Below, piece after piece: positions 1-10,347 of a stretch of DNA of 64,000 nt; the stretch's first letter is position 1; every line of letters begins with the position of its first letter. The notes beneath the pieces are model-generated. The model was not told the DNA's origin. It saw only the letters and a program-made list of their open reading frames with translations, and did no database searches. The stretch is taken from assembly GCF_000189555.1 (NCBI RefSeq), contig NC_017276.1; one strand, written 5' to 3'. A program made the translations under genes and the position numbers. Origin of the DNA: Saccharolobus islandicus REY15A. GTDB taxonomy: Archaea; Thermoproteota; Thermoprotei_A; Sulfolobales; Sulfolobaceae.

Positions 1-333
1 CTTCTTACCATTGTATTAACGTTAGGTAGTATTTCTTTACTTTTAGGGGAAATAGCACTTTCAACGATTTTAGTAGGCTTTGCAGGAGGCTCACTAATTA
101 CACTCTATTTTAACGTTTCCACGGAGATATTCGGCTTTAAGTTTTCCACAGTGAATAGTGGTATATTATATACTGGTAAGGCTTTAGGCGGTGTGTTAGG
201 TAGTATTATATTTGCATTGCTTTACACGATAAGTCTTAGAACCTCTGAAATATATACTTTGTCTTGTAGCCTAATAGGAGTTCTTACCTTATTGCCACTT
301 TTATTTACTAAGCAGAGCAGAAAGGTTCAATGA
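1..333 (+). CDS. MFS transporter, C-terminal part (OFA-like); 5' end lies outside the window
   Basis: Frame 1 is open from base 1 (LLTIVLTLGSISLLLGEIALSTILVGFAGG...STEIFGFKFSTVNSGILYTGKALGG); hydrophobic helices typical of an MFS C-terminal half. Confidence 0.75.
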   Translation, partial: LLTIVLTLGSISLLLGEIALSTILVGFAGGSLITLYFNVSTEIFGFKFSTVNSGILYTGKALGGVLGSIIFALLYTISLRTSEIYTLSCSLIGVLTLLPLLFTKQSRKVQ

Positions 334-468
334 TTTTTTATCTTATAACCAACTAATTGTCAAGTATTACGTTAATTGATAATACCAAATTGAGATAGAA
401 CAATAGATATGGCTCTATTTAGGAAGAATTAGAGGATACTAGTATACTGATCAGTACACTTATTGGTA

Positions 469-482
469 GAAAAGTTTATAAA
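469..482 (+). promoter_or_regulatory. BRE + TATA box (GAAAAG-TTTATAAA) for leaderless S53 protease gene
   Basis: TATA at 475-482 with purine-rich BRE; ATG at 504 lies 21 nt downstream, typical Sulfolobales leaderless spacing. Confidence 0.75.
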
Positions 483-503
483 TTAGTAACAGTATAAACA
501 AAT

Positions 504-3500
504 ATGTATAGATATATATTTTTAATGTCGATGCTATTAATTTCCATTATACCATTAATTTTTGCATCAAATCCCAATATATACCAAAATCCAGTAACTT
601 TGAAAGGATTTAGAGAAATAGGAACATTAAATGCCAATGAAGAGGTAATAGTTACAATCTTCGTACCACTTAAAAATCTAGATCTATTATACTATTACGC
701 CAGTGGAGCTTCAAATCCAGCTTCACCATTATATCATAAATTCTTAAGTCCTCAAGAGGTTCAGCAGTTATTCTTACCTACTGAAGAGTATAACCAAATT
801 CTAAACTACGTCAAAAGTAGCGGATTTCAAGTGATATTTACTGCATCGAACTCAGTAATAGTAATAAAAGGTACAGTGGGGCAAGTTGAGAAGTATTTAG
901 GTACTAAGTATGCGGTTTACTCTAATGGTTCCGTAACCTATTACACTAATTACGGATATCCCAAGATAAACGCCTATGTATACTCCAGTAACATTTCTGC
1001 AATATTCTTCGCCCATCCATCTACATTAATTACAGAGAGTACAATAAAGAGTTTTCAGCAAGAGATAAATCAAACATTTCCACTTGAAGGCTATTGGCCA
1101 ACTGTGTTACAAAAAGTGTACAATGTTACTACAGAGGGAGAGAATACTACAATAGGAATACTAGACTTTTATGGCGATCCTTACATTGTACAGCAATTAG
1201 CGTATTTTGATAAAATAACTGGATTACCAAATTCTCCCAACTTTAGTGTAGTACCAATTGGACCCTATAATCCTAACTTAGGTATTGTAACTGGTTGGGC
1301 TGGAGAGATTAGCCTGGATGTTGAAGTAGCACACGCAATAGCCCCAAAGGCTAACATAACGCTATATATCGCTAATCCAAATATTCCTTTACCCGCTATT
1401 ATCGCATATATTACAAGTCAAAATAAAGTTGATACGTTATCCCAAAGCTTTAGCATACCAGAAAGTCTCTTTTCCTCACTTTTCAACGGGCCATCATTCT
1501 ATTCATGTATAATATTAAGTGATGAGTACTATGCACTAGGTTCAGCTGAGGGAATAACTTTCCTAGCAAGTTCTGGAGATGCTGGAGGCTCTGGGTATAG
1601 TAATGGACCAATAGGCACTGTAGGGTATCCCTCAACGTCACCTTTCGTAACTTCAGTGGGAGGTACGACTGTATATGTGCAATTCCCTAACGGTTCGTAT
1701 TATCAGACTGCTTGGTCCAACTATGGTTTCGTTCCAAATAATGTAAATTATGGTGGTTCAACTGGTGGTGTAAGTATAATTGAGCCTAAACCGTGGTATC
1801 AATGGGGACTACCTACACCATCTACTTATCCAAACGGTAAGTTAATACCAGAGATCTCCGCTAACGCCAATGTATATCCTGGAATATACATCGTTTTACC
1901 AAGTAACACAACCGGGATAACAGGTGGCACAAGTGAGGCTTCTCCTTTAACTGCTGGAGTGCTAGCCACAATTGAAAGCTATACTCATCATAGAATAGGT
2001 TTACTTAATCCTATACTAACTTACATGGCTGAGAATTACTACGGTAAGGTAATAGAGCCAATAACGTTTGGTTATAACATACCGTGGGTTGCAACTTATG
2101 GCTATAACTTGGTAACAGGCTACGGTACAATTAACGCAGGATATTTTGAAAAAATACTACCCACACTTAATTTATCAAAAGAGCTAAATGTGATAGTTAG
2201 CGTTTACAATACATCAATACCCACAGTATCTCCTCAACAATTCTATCCTGGACAACGTATTCTAGTCACTGCTAATATAACATATCCTAACGGAAGTCCA
2301 GTACAAACTGGAGAATTCAATGCATTAATAGAGAACTATCTTGGGAACTTAACTACGTTTAATCTGACATATAATTCACTTACTAAATTATGGACTGGTA
2401 GTGGTGTTTTATCCAATAAAGCTAGTGGTATCTTATTTGTCTACGTTTATGGAAGTAGTGATGGGTTAAGAGGAATTGGGTACTACGAGACATTCTCTGG
2501 ATACTACATTACATTCAATTATACGACGACTTTTACACCAGTTTATGTAGAGTTGGGTAATGCTGAACTGGGAATTACCTTATCTAACTCATACTTCCAG
2601 GCGCCAATTGGAGTAATGAATATTACCCTTAATATTTACTCCTATAACATAACAACAAACGAATACACACTTGTAAGCACTTTAAATGTACCTATTAAAG
2701 ATGGTGTAGGAGTTATCGATTTACCAGCAAACCTAAGCGTAGGGGATTTATTGATTGAAGCGGTGGACAGTGCTTATGGATTTGATGCATTTACTAATGG
2801 AATATACATGCAAAGCTTATTCATATTGCCACAAGTGGTAGTTGAGCCTGGTGGTGTTTCTCCGGGGCAATACATTACAATAGAAGGAACGATAATACCA
2901 CCATTTAACTTACCAAGTAGTACATTCCAAGACGTATTTTACGGTACTAATATTACTACTAAATTGGTGAATAGTAACGGAATTGCAATAAGTGAGGCTA
3001 ATATTCCATTATCACCGAATGGAATATACTTTGGATACTTATACGTACCCAAAAATGCTTCTCCGGGGATTTATAACATTTTACTGTTTGCAACCTATCA
3101 CTCTTATACTTTAAACACTACAATTCAAGGATTCTACTACGGTCAGATATACGTTTCTAATCAAGCTATGATTTCAGTGAAGTCAGTTATCTACGCATTC
3201 GAGGGACAGACTATTTTCATTTACTCTAATATAACTAATGGTACTAGTGGAGTTAAGTTTGGAATGTTTAGTGCCACTGTGTATCCCTCCAGCCTCTCAT
3301 TTGATTATAGTACGATAAGCTCAATAATAGAGATACCGTTATGGTATAATCCTAAGATAGGAGAATGGGAAGGAAATTTCACACTGCCTTCAACGATTAG
3401 CGCTGGAAATCTTACTTACTTAGCTGGACAAGGATATTTCGGGATGCCTTTCAAGATCTTAATAACCGGAATTTCTGCCTTAGGAAATCCAACCACTACC

Positions 3501-4313
3501 AACCCCGGTAATGCTTATACGATCAACGTGTTGCCATATACTTTAATTGCGAATCAAACCTTAGATAAAACGTTACCATATTACGCGAATTTAGTTAACG
3601 TGAAGATATTGAACGCAAATGGTAATCTATTGAATGACTTCCTTACCAACGTTACCATAATTAACAGTAACGTAAAAATATTGAATGGAAATATATCTGG
3701 TTTAGTAATTAGAAATTCCACAGTGTTCATGATGCAGACTAATGCAAATAATATTGTATTATACAATTCAACTCTATACGCAATAGGTGGAAGTATAAAT
3801 GGATTAAATGTAATTGACTCTAAAGTAGTTCCAATAAACGTTCACATTCAAGGTTTACATCCAGAATTACCAACTATTACAATAAACTCGCCTTCTAAGA
3901 ACGTAACTGGAACTATTAACGTTACTGTTACCGTGATAGGTGAAGATGTAAGTGAAGTTAACGTATACTTAAATGGTAATCTGATAAATTCGTTTACAAA
4001 CAATGGGACTCATGTAGTAACTATAAATACTCAAAACTACCCAGATGGTGGATATAATCTAACAATTACGGCAATTCAGAGCGATGGTTTAAGTAGTAGC
4101 AATAGTAGCTATCTATATTTTGAAAACGGTTTAACCAATATAAATGGTAAGGTTAGTGTGGTATCTAATCAGTTGACTAATGTAAGTAATAGTTTGTCAT
4201 CTTCCATATCTTCCTTAAGGGCTGCATTATCAGAATATGAGACTATATCTTTAGTACTCGGTATTGTCGCAATAGTTTTGGCAATATTTGCTCTAATAAG
4301 AAGGAGAAGATAA
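504..4313 (+). CDS. Secreted, membrane-anchored sedolisin-family (S53) serine-carboxyl protease
   Basis: Signal peptide, pro-domain, catalytic motifs GEISLDVE, SSGDAG, GGTSEASP; many N-x-S/T sequons; C-terminal TM helix followed by RRRR. Confidence 0.9.
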   Translation: MYRYIFLMSMLLISIIPLIFASNPNIYQNPVTLKGFREIGTLNANEEVIVTIFVPLKNLDLLYYYASGASNPASPLYHKFLSPQEVQQLFLPTEEYNQILNYVKSSGFQVIFTASNSVIVIKGTVGQVEKYLGTKYAVYSNGSVTYYTNYGYPKINAYVYSSNISAIFFAHPSTLITESTIKSFQQEINQTFPLEGYWPTVLQKVYNVTTEGENTTIGILDFYGDPYIVQQLAYFDKITGLPNSPNFSVVPIGPYNPNLGIVTGWAGEISLDVEVAHAIAPKANITLYIANPNIPLPAIIAYITSQNKVDTLSQSFSIPESLFSSLFNGPSFYSCIILSDEYYALGSAEGITFLASSGDAGGSGYSNGPIGTVGYPSTSPFVTSVGGTTVYVQFPNGSYYQTAWSNYGFVPNNVNYGGSTGGVSIIEPKPWYQWGLPTPSTYPNGKLIPEISANANVYPGIYIVLPSNTTGITGGTSEASPLTAGVLATIESYTHHRIGLLNPILTYMAENYYGKVIEPITFGYNIPWVATYGYNLVTGYGTINAGYFEKILPTLNLSKELNVIVSVYNTSIPTVSPQQFYPGQRILVTANITYPNGSPVQTGEFNALIENYLGNLTTFNLTYNSLTKLWTGSGVLSNKASGILFVYVYGSSDGLRGIGYYETFSGYYITFNYTTTFTPVYVELGNAELGITLSNSYFQAPIGVMNITLNIYSYNITTNEYTLVSTLNVPIKDGVGVIDLPANLSVGDLLIEAVDSAYGFDAFTNGIYMQSLFILPQVVVEPGGVSPGQYITIEGTIIPPFNLPSSTFQDVFYGTNITTKLVNSNGIAISEANIPLSPNGIYFGYLYVPKNASPGIYNILLFATYHSYTLNTTIQGFYYGQIYVSNQAMISVKSVIYAFEGQTIFIYSNITNGTSGVKFGMFSATVYPSSLSFDYSTISSIIEIPLWYNPKIGEWEGNFTLPSTISAGNLTYLAGQGYFGMPFKILITGISALGNPTTTNPGNAYTINVLPYTLIANQTLDKTLPYYANLVNVKILNANGNLLNDFLTNVTIINSNVKILNGNISGLVIRNSTVFMMQTNANNIVLYNSTLYAIGGSINGLNVIDSKVVPINVHIQGLHPELPTITINSPSKNVTGTINVTVTVIGEDVSEVNVYLNGNLINSFTNNGTHVVTINTQNYPDGGYNLTITAIQSDGLSSSNSSYLYFENGLTNINGKVSVVSNQLTNVSNSLSSSISSLRAALSEYETISLVLGIVAIVLAIFALIRRRR

Positions 4314-4354
4314 GACATTATTATTTTTATATTATTTTCCAACTACATTTTCGT

Positions 4355-5494
4355 ATGCTTAAAAACAGAAATGAAGTCTTGAAAATCTCATTTTCAGCCT
4401 TTTTCGCAGATCTCGGATATCAGGCTGTAGTAGCATCTTTTCCAATAATTTTCGTATTGATTTTCAAAGCCCCAATACCCCTTTACGGCTTAGCTGAAGC
4501 ATTGAATTACGGAATTGGTACTGTAATGGCTTATCTAGGTGGTATAGCGGGAGACAAGTATGGTAGAAAGAGGATTGCAATTTTAGGAAATATTCTCATC
4601 TTGTTTGTTTCTCTAATGGGACTAGCAGGGAATTACATTCAAGCTCTTATTTTCTTCATGATAGGCTGGTGGTTTAGGAACTTCAGATCCCCACCAAGAA
4701 GGGCAATGATGGCTGAAGTTACATCACCAGATGAGAGATCTGAAGCCTTTGGAATTTTGCATTCCTTAGATATAGCTGGAGCGTTATTAGCAATAATTTA
4801 TCTGACTGTGCTACTTTGCCTCCATGTTTCCATATTTTTCATTCTATTATTCACCTCAATACCTTTGCTTATGTCAACAATAGTTTTAAGTCTAGTTAAC
4901 GCGGGAAAGAAAGAAGGAAAGAAGACAGAGAGTAAAATAGTGCAAAAAAGGGTCTTCTGGACTGTCATATTATCTACAATGTTCTTTGGATTTAGTCAAT
5001 ACAGCTTCGGCTTTCCCATACTAACTACCACGGAAATTACTGGAAAAGACTATTTGGGAGTATTGGCCTATGGCGTGTTCCTCGGCGCTTCTTCACTATT
5101 TGGTTACTTATTTGGTAGAATGAAACTAAAGGAATTTGAAAGTTTGGCGTTTCTAGGATACTTAATTGGGGCAATAGGATCTCTTGGATTTGCGTATTTA
5201 TCTGGCATTGGTTTGTTTTCCCTTTATCCCCTTTCATTTTTAATGGGAATTAGTGTTGCCTCAACTGAGACTTTTGAACCCACAATAATATCTAAAATAA
5301 CTAAAGAGGAGGCATATGGTACAAGTATGGGGTATTTATCAGCGGGTAGAAGCGTTGGAATATTTCTCGGTAATGTGATCATGGGGTTATTGTATCAAAT
5401 AAGCTATACATATGCATACTTGTTCGCTGCTGTAACTTCTCTAATCTCTTTTGCGCTAATCTTAAGCTTAATCATGAGGTCAAATGCTTCTTAG
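4355..5494 (+). CDS. MFS transporter
   Basis: About 12 TM helices; GGIAGDKYGRK motif A-like loop. Confidence 0.85.
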   Translation: MLKNRNEVLKISFSAFFADLGYQAVVASFPIIFVLIFKAPIPLYGLAEALNYGIGTVMAYLGGIAGDKYGRKRIAILGNILILFVSLMGLAGNYIQALIFFMIGWWFRNFRSPPRRAMMAEVTSPDERSEAFGILHSLDIAGALLAIIYLTVLLCLHVSIFFILLFTSIPLLMSTIVLSLVNAGKKEGKKTESKIVQKRVFWTVILSTMFFGFSQYSFGFPILTTTEITGKDYLGVLAYGVFLGASSLFGYLFGRMKLKEFESLAFLGYLIGAIGSLGFAYLSGIGLFSLYPLSFLMGISVASTETFEPTIISKITKEEAYGTSMGYLSAGRSVGIFLGNVIMGLLYQISYTYAYLFAAVTSLISFALILSLIMRSNAS

Positions 5495-6647
5495 CGTAAC
5501 TCTTAAACAATGCACTACCTATTAACGTAGTGAAAAGCGACATGAAAACTATACCTTCAAACTCCTCCAAGTTTAGCGCATTATATGAAAGACCTATGGA
5601 AGCAATAACTAACCCGGTTTCACCCCTAGGCACCATTCCAAATGCTACTGTATTAGCAGCTTTCACATTTCTTAAGTAAGCTAGAGCGAATGGGAAGATT
5701 CCTAGCCACTTGAAAATGGTTGCTATGGCAGTTAATTCTAAGGATAGCAATAACGTATTGAGATTAAGTGTTAGGAAATTAACTTCAGCTCCTATGTATA
5801 CAAAAAATAATGGTCCAAAAACGCTAAGTAATATGTTACTAATTTCCTTAATTTTTTCGCTTTTTATACTATTTGCAAATGCAACTCCAGCAACGAAAGC
5901 TGAAATTATGGGAGAATAACCCAATGACACCATTAATAGCGTCAAGCCGAATAGCACCGCCAGCGGAAACTCCTCAATGTACTTATCGCTTAATCTATCA
6001 GTGATTTTCGGAACTAAGATAACTGAGACTGTTAAAATAATTAGCCATATGACTACAAGGGTAATTATTTTCAAACTGATAGAGGTAACGCTTGTAGACG
6101 TACCTTGTAAAATAGCTAGAATGACAGACAACAAGAGTAAATCCACTACATCGTCTACTGCAGCAGCAGATACCATGAAATTTATGCCCTTACCCTTCAA
6201 TTTCTCTTCCTCTATTATAGATGCTACAGCTGCAAGACTGGTAGCTCCCATCGCAGCACCAAGTATCAGCGAGGAATCTAAACCAAAATCTGGCATATAG
6301 AAGTAGTATGCAGCAAAAAAAGGTAATAATGCCCCAAACGTTGCCCCTAGCGATCCTAGAATTCCAGAAGATTTTATCGGTGCAATTCCGTGTTCTAGAC
6401 CAGAGGCAAATATTAACAGAATTACTGAAAACTCAGCTAAAAATTCGATATAACTATTTATACTTATCAAGGAGAAACCCACTAACTGATTTAATAAAGA
6501 ACCTAAGGCATAAGGACCTATTATCATTCCAGCCAATAATTCGCCTATCAGCTTAGGCAAACTGTGCTTCTGTACAAGAGAGCTTAAAATTTCCGCTAGC
6601 AAGATGAATATTGATACATCAAAGAGAGCCAAGATTATTGGATTCAT
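5472..6647 (-). CDS. Cation:proton antiporter (CPA2/Kef-type)
   Basis: LPKLIGELLAGMIIGP, AAAVDD and GMVPRGE motifs. Confidence 0.85.
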   Translation of the reverse strand: MNPIILALFDVSIFILLAEILSSLVQKHSLPKLIGELLAGMIIGPYALGSLLNQLVGFSLISINSYIEFLAEFSVILLIFASGLEHGIAPIKSSGILGSLGATFGALLPFFAAYYFYMPDFGLDSSLILGAAMGATSLAAVASIIEEEKLKGKGINFMVSAAAVDDVVDLLLLSVILAILQGTSTSVTSISLKIITLVVIWLIILTVSVILVPKITDRLSDKYIEEFPLAVLFGLTLLMVSLGYSPIISAFVAGVAFANSIKSEKIKEISNILLSVFGPLFFVYIGAEVNFLTLNLNTLLLSLELTAIATIFKWLGIFPFALAYLRNVKAANTVAFGMVPRGETGLVIASIGLSYNALNLEEFEGIVFMSLFTTLIGSALFKSYAKKHLTS

Positions 6648-6684
6648 GTGATACTATGAAAACAAAAACATCTATTAAACTTTT

Positions 6685-6737
6685 TATCAGCATTCGTACC
6701 CTTCTTCATCTAATCTAGTGAGCTGGGCTCATCACTA
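6685..6737 (-). ncRNA. Box C/D methylation-guide sRNA
   Basis: Minus strand reads GTGATGA (C, 6735-6729) GCCCAGCTCA CTAG(A) (D'-like) TTAGATGA (C'-like) AGAAGGGTACGAATG CTGA (D, 6690-6687); own BRE/TATA upstream. Confidence 0.75.
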
Positions 6738-6760
6738 TTACTGAGGATATTGATAAATGA

Positions 6761-6774
6761 TTATTAAACTTTCT
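6761..6774 (-). promoter_or_regulatory. BRE + TATA (AGAAAG-TTTAATAA) for the C/D sRNA
   Basis: TATA (6768-6761) lies about 24 nt upstream of the predicted sRNA 5' end. Confidence 0.6.
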
Positions 6775-6776
6775 GC

Positions 6777-7358
6777 CTAAACAGAAGGAGGAAGTTCAAT
6801 TACTTTAGACTTCACATACTTAGATTGTAAAGAGGATATAGCCTTATCCCAACTTTCTCCAGGATTGCCCTTATTTACACCAATTTTTAACCTACTTTCC
6901 CCAACAATTTTTGCTAAATAGTAAGTACAGAAGGGTTTTGCTATACAATTTTCACAATTAGTGTATACATTTGAATGTAGGTTCATATAAACTACTTGCT
7001 TATCATTAGTTACGTAAATTATTCCTTTCTTAAGGTTTAACGAACCATTAGCCTTTTCAAAAGGAAACACTAACTTGACGTTAATCATATTCTCCTTAAG
7101 TATCCTTAACTTATTGAGATAATCTCTGATGTAATAATAATAGCTTTTACTGTAATTTTCCCTTGAATCTTTGACAAGGACGTTCATTATTTTAGTATCG
7201 CTTATTTTAACAAAATCATAATAGTCAATTAAGACAATATTACTATCTTGCCTTATGGGTCTTTCAACAGTAACTACTTTAAACTCACACATTTCAATAA
7301 CAAGTATCGGAAAGTTATTATAAAAACCTTTAATGTTGGTCTTATTATAAATTAGCAT
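6777..7358 (-). CDS. Hypothetical protein with CxxC-x5-C motif
   Basis: 193-aa ORF overlapping the upstream gene; CENCIAKPFC. Confidence 0.7.
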   Translation of the reverse strand: MLIYNKTNIKGFYNNFPILVIEMCEFKVVTVERPIRQDSNIVLIDYYDFVKISDTKIMNVLVKDSRENYSKSYYYYIRDYLNKLRILKENMINVKLVFPFEKANGSLNLKKGIIYVTNDKQVVYMNLHSNVYTNCENCIAKPFCTYYLAKIVGESRLKIGVNKGNPGESWDKAISSLQSKYVKSKVIELPPSV

Positions 7359-8007
7359 TAACCTTGTTCAATAGTTCAGTTGCGTTTTTGTATGCAACAT
7401 CTTTATCATAGCCGTGATTTTTTATAAAGAGTTTTGCACTTTGGATTAAATTAAGAGAATTATATGGAGCATCACTACCATAAATACTTCTTCTTGGATC
7501 GATAATTGTTGAAGAATGATTCACTACATAATAGACTCTCTCGTTATTAACAACGTGTTCACTATTAATGAGTACAACGGGAAAAGTATATTTATCCAAT
7601 AACCATTTTAGTTCATCTAAAGAAGGATCATATAGTACTAGAATTAATCCTTTCCTATCTATTAGTTCATACACGAAGTTAAGCGATGAATGGCGTAATG
7701 AAAAGTTGTGATGTTTAGGACTTAGAACTACACCAATTATACCCCTATCCACTTGTCTAATAAGCTCTACCTGAGGAGGAACTCTGCATCTCGGATTATA
7801 TATACCAAGCCTTAGTGTATAGTCTTTCCTTCCCCAAAGATATTGCTGATAAAAACCATCTACACAACAGTCACATGAGTACTTATAAATCGGATTTAGT
7901 AAAATTCGTTTTATCTCTACTTCATCTTCTCTAAGCTTAGGCTCTTCGATGTAATTATATAGTCTTATACCGTAATGCGTGTTAAAATCTATAAAGAAAA
8001 AAGGCAT
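7345..8007 (-). CDS. Degenerate amidohydrolase-like (TIM-barrel) protein
   Basis: N-terminal IDFNTH, GVVLSPKHH, C-terminal IYGSDAPY resemble amidohydrolase_2 motifs. Confidence 0.55.
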   Translation of the reverse strand: MPFFFIDFNTHYGIRLYNYIEEPKLREDEVEIKRILLNPIYKYSCDCCVDGFYQQYLWGRKDYTLRLGIYNPRCRVPPQVELIRQVDRGIIGVVLSPKHHNFSLRHSSLNFVYELIDRKGLILVLYDPSLDELKWLLDKYTFPVVLINSEHVVNNERVYYVVNHSSTIIDPRRSIYGSDAPYNSLNLIQSAKLFIKNHGYDKDVAYKNATELLNKVNANL

Positions 8008-8027
8008 ATATAATAAATGGAAAAAGG

Positions 8028-8945
8028 TTACAAATATCTTTTGAGTATTGACATTGGATTAGTAATATTGGCTGTAAGTAAAGTTTCTTCTGGGCTATGA
8101 CCAAAGGCGAAGGCCACTAGTTGTGAGAAGTAAGCTAATGGTGTCCTTAGATCTTCACCATATTTTTTAGCTATTTTCTCCATGTTAGTTTCAATAGCTA
8201 CGTGGCCTAGTGGACAATCTGTGACTAATATTTCCGCACCGTTTCTTTTAGCCTCCTTTAATATTCTAGCCTCTAAGTGTAAGGCTACTTCTACATCAGA
8301 GTAAACATGAGGACCGCCGCAGCACATTGTCTTAGCCTCAAATGGTACGACTTCCGCACCTAACGCCTTCAGTATTTCGTCCATGAAGAATGGTCTCTCT
8401 GGATCATCCCTCATTTTCATATATCCGGCCAAAGTATATGATTTGGGTCTAACGTATAGACAACCGTAATAAGGCGCCACTTTTAATCCAGTGAGTGGTC
8501 TTCTTACCTTAGTCTTAATAGCCTCAATCCCTACGGTATTATAAATATATTCAACAGCGTGAACTAGCATCAGCTTTAGATCGTAATTGTTAGTACCCAT
8601 TTTTTCCAAATACATATTAGTCTTCTCTCTTAGTTTTGGGTATTTAGTTAGATAATATTGAGTTCTAGATAAGGAATAATGACAGCCAGGACAAGCTGAA
8701 ACTACCGCATCAGCTCCCATTTCCCTTGCTAACGCTAAATTCCTTGCTGGTAATAATATTCCTGCCATAGTATTTACGTTCTTTACTTCCAATGCACCAC
8801 AACAGTTATAGTCCTCGATCTTCTCTAATGGGATACCTAAATCCTGCGCAACTAGCTTTAATGAGATGTCATAAGATTTACCTAATCCATCTAAAGCACA
8901 GCCTGGATAGAATGCTACTTTACCATAAGGTGTAGGTAATGTCAT
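8028..8945 (-). CDS. hdrB2: Heterodisulfide reductase-like subunit sHdrB2
   Basis: Two CCG domains (YPGC, NCCGA, SACPGC, YYGC, MCCGG); last gene of the shdr core. Confidence 0.9.
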   Translation of the reverse strand: MTLPTPYGKVAFYPGCALDGLGKSYDISLKLVAQDLGIPLEKIEDYNCCGALEVKNVNTMAGILLPARNLALAREMGADAVVSACPGCHYSLSRTQYYLTKYPKLREKTNMYLEKMGTNNYDLKLMLVHAVEYIYNTVGIEAIKTKVRRPLTGLKVAPYYGCLYVRPKSYTLAGYMKMRDDPERPFFMDEILKALGAEVVPFEAKTMCCGGPHVYSDVEVALHLEARILKEAKRNGAEILVTDCPLGHVAIETNMEKIAKKYGEDLRTPLAYFSQLVAFAFGHSPEETLLTANITNPMSILKRYL

Positions 8946-9634
8946 TCTGGTACCACCTCCTCCTTCATTGCTTCCTCCAATACTTTTTGTACTCTATCCC
9001 AGTTCTTAACTCTATTTGGCCTTAAAACATCTTTTATAAGTCCTCCTTTCAATATCGCTGCACTTATATTAATTAGATCCTTTAAACTCAGTGTAACCAT
9101 TCCAGCTTTAGCTGCGGCAGCACCTAATGTTAGTTCTGAAATTCTTCCGCCGTTTTTGATCACAGTCTCTAGGAATATTTCATCAAATATTGTACCGGGA
9201 TCTTTCTTAACTAACCCATGCTTTAATAGATAATGATGAATTGAATGTACCACTTCTTCTACTAGCACTCCCTTAGGACATCTGTGAGTACATTTCTGAC
9301 ATGATACACATCTCCAGAGTGAGTTTTGCAATTCAATAAGTGCTTGTTTGTCGCCCTTTCTGGCTAAATCTATAAATCGTCTTGGACTATAGTCTGGATC
9401 GTATTCTCTCATTGTACAACCTGAGGTACAAGTCCCGCATTGCCAGCAAGCGCTTATTGTAACGCCTTCTAGAGTGTTGGCTATCTCGTCCCATACTGTA
9501 GGATCGTAACCAGTCTGTGTTCTCTCAATCATGAAGGCGTTCCACGTTCCATCTAGCTCTACGCCATCCACTATTACCTTGTCTTTTTGAATTAGACCTT
9601 TAACTATGGATTTTTCTAATTCAGGAATTGGCAA
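8942..9634 (-). CDS. hdrC2: Heterodisulfide reductase-like Fe-S subunit sHdrC2
   Basis: [11 protein letters not shown] and [11 protein letters not shown] 4Fe-4S motifs; TTG start. Confidence 0.9.
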   Translation of the reverse strand: MPIPELEKSIVKGLIQKDKVIVDGVELDGTWNAFMIERTQTGYDPTVWDEIANTLEGVTISACWQCGTCTSGCTMREYDPDYSPRRFIDLARKGDKQALIELQNSLWRCVSCQKCTHRCPKGVLVEEVVHSIHHYLLKHGLVKKDPGTIFDEIFLETVIKNGGRISELTLGAAAAKAGMVTLSLKDLINISAAILKGGLIKDVLRPNRVKNWDRVQKVLEEAMKEEVVPE

Positions 9635-10304
9635 GTTGGATCACCCTAAGGAAGGATTTGAGACCTAAAACCATGGCTGTAGTAGAAAGGTGAGATGGAT
9701 AAAGTCCACCTCCCTTTCTATCCACAGCCAGTAGAGTTGCGTAATCTACGTATCTAACGTAGGAATATACTAAAAAAATTGAGGCGTAATAATAATTAGG
9801 TGAGTCTAACCCAAAGATTGAAAGAACATCCCTCAATTCGGAAACCGCGTCAAAATAATCCTTTTCATTCTTTAACACTACTCCATCCTTTAGTATGTAA
9901 GTGATGGAACCAGAATTTTTGTTTGGGTTCCACAACCATCTAGTCCACAATGGATACTTTTCTGGTTCTAAAAAGTGAATTATTTCCCTAGCCATGTCCT
10001 CTATGTCTTCTGGTTCACTTGCCTTAAGCGAAGTAAAAGCTTTAACTCTTTCACCGTAAGGCAAATCCTTGTTTGTAAGGGTTTTGAAGGCTAATTTAAT
10101 CTTATCAATTCCATTATTACCTATAATTTCATTGTAATGCCTCTTAGCATAAAATATCACATCAAATAACTTCTTTACATCTTCCTCCGTATTGATCTCT
10201 GAAGAATTTAGGAAATCGGTCTTCATTTGCATTGCTTTAATTATTACCGATAGTGACTCCTTAGGATTATTTCTCACAGTATTATTTACATCCTTTGCTA
10301 ACAT
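9621..10304 (-). CDS. Conserved hypothetical ('hyp') protein of shdr clusters
   Basis: Position between hdrA and hdrC2; start trimmed to ATG at 10304 (MLAKD) to avoid a long overlap with hdrA. Confidence 0.7.
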   Translation of the reverse strand: MLAKDVNNTVRNNPKESLSVIIKAMQMKTDFLNSSEINTEEDVKKLFDVIFYAKRHYNEIIGNNGIDKIKLAFKTLTNKDLPYGERVKAFTSLKASEPEDIEDMAREIIHFLEPEKYPLWTRWLWNPNKNSGSITYILKDGVVLKNEKDYFDAVSELRDVLSIFGLDSPNYYYASIFLVYSYVRYVDYATLLAVDRKGGGLYPSHLSTTAMVLGLKSFLRVIQLANS

Positions 10305-10347
10305 CGCATTAAAAATATCCCTTACATAATCGATGTTTAAAAAAATG

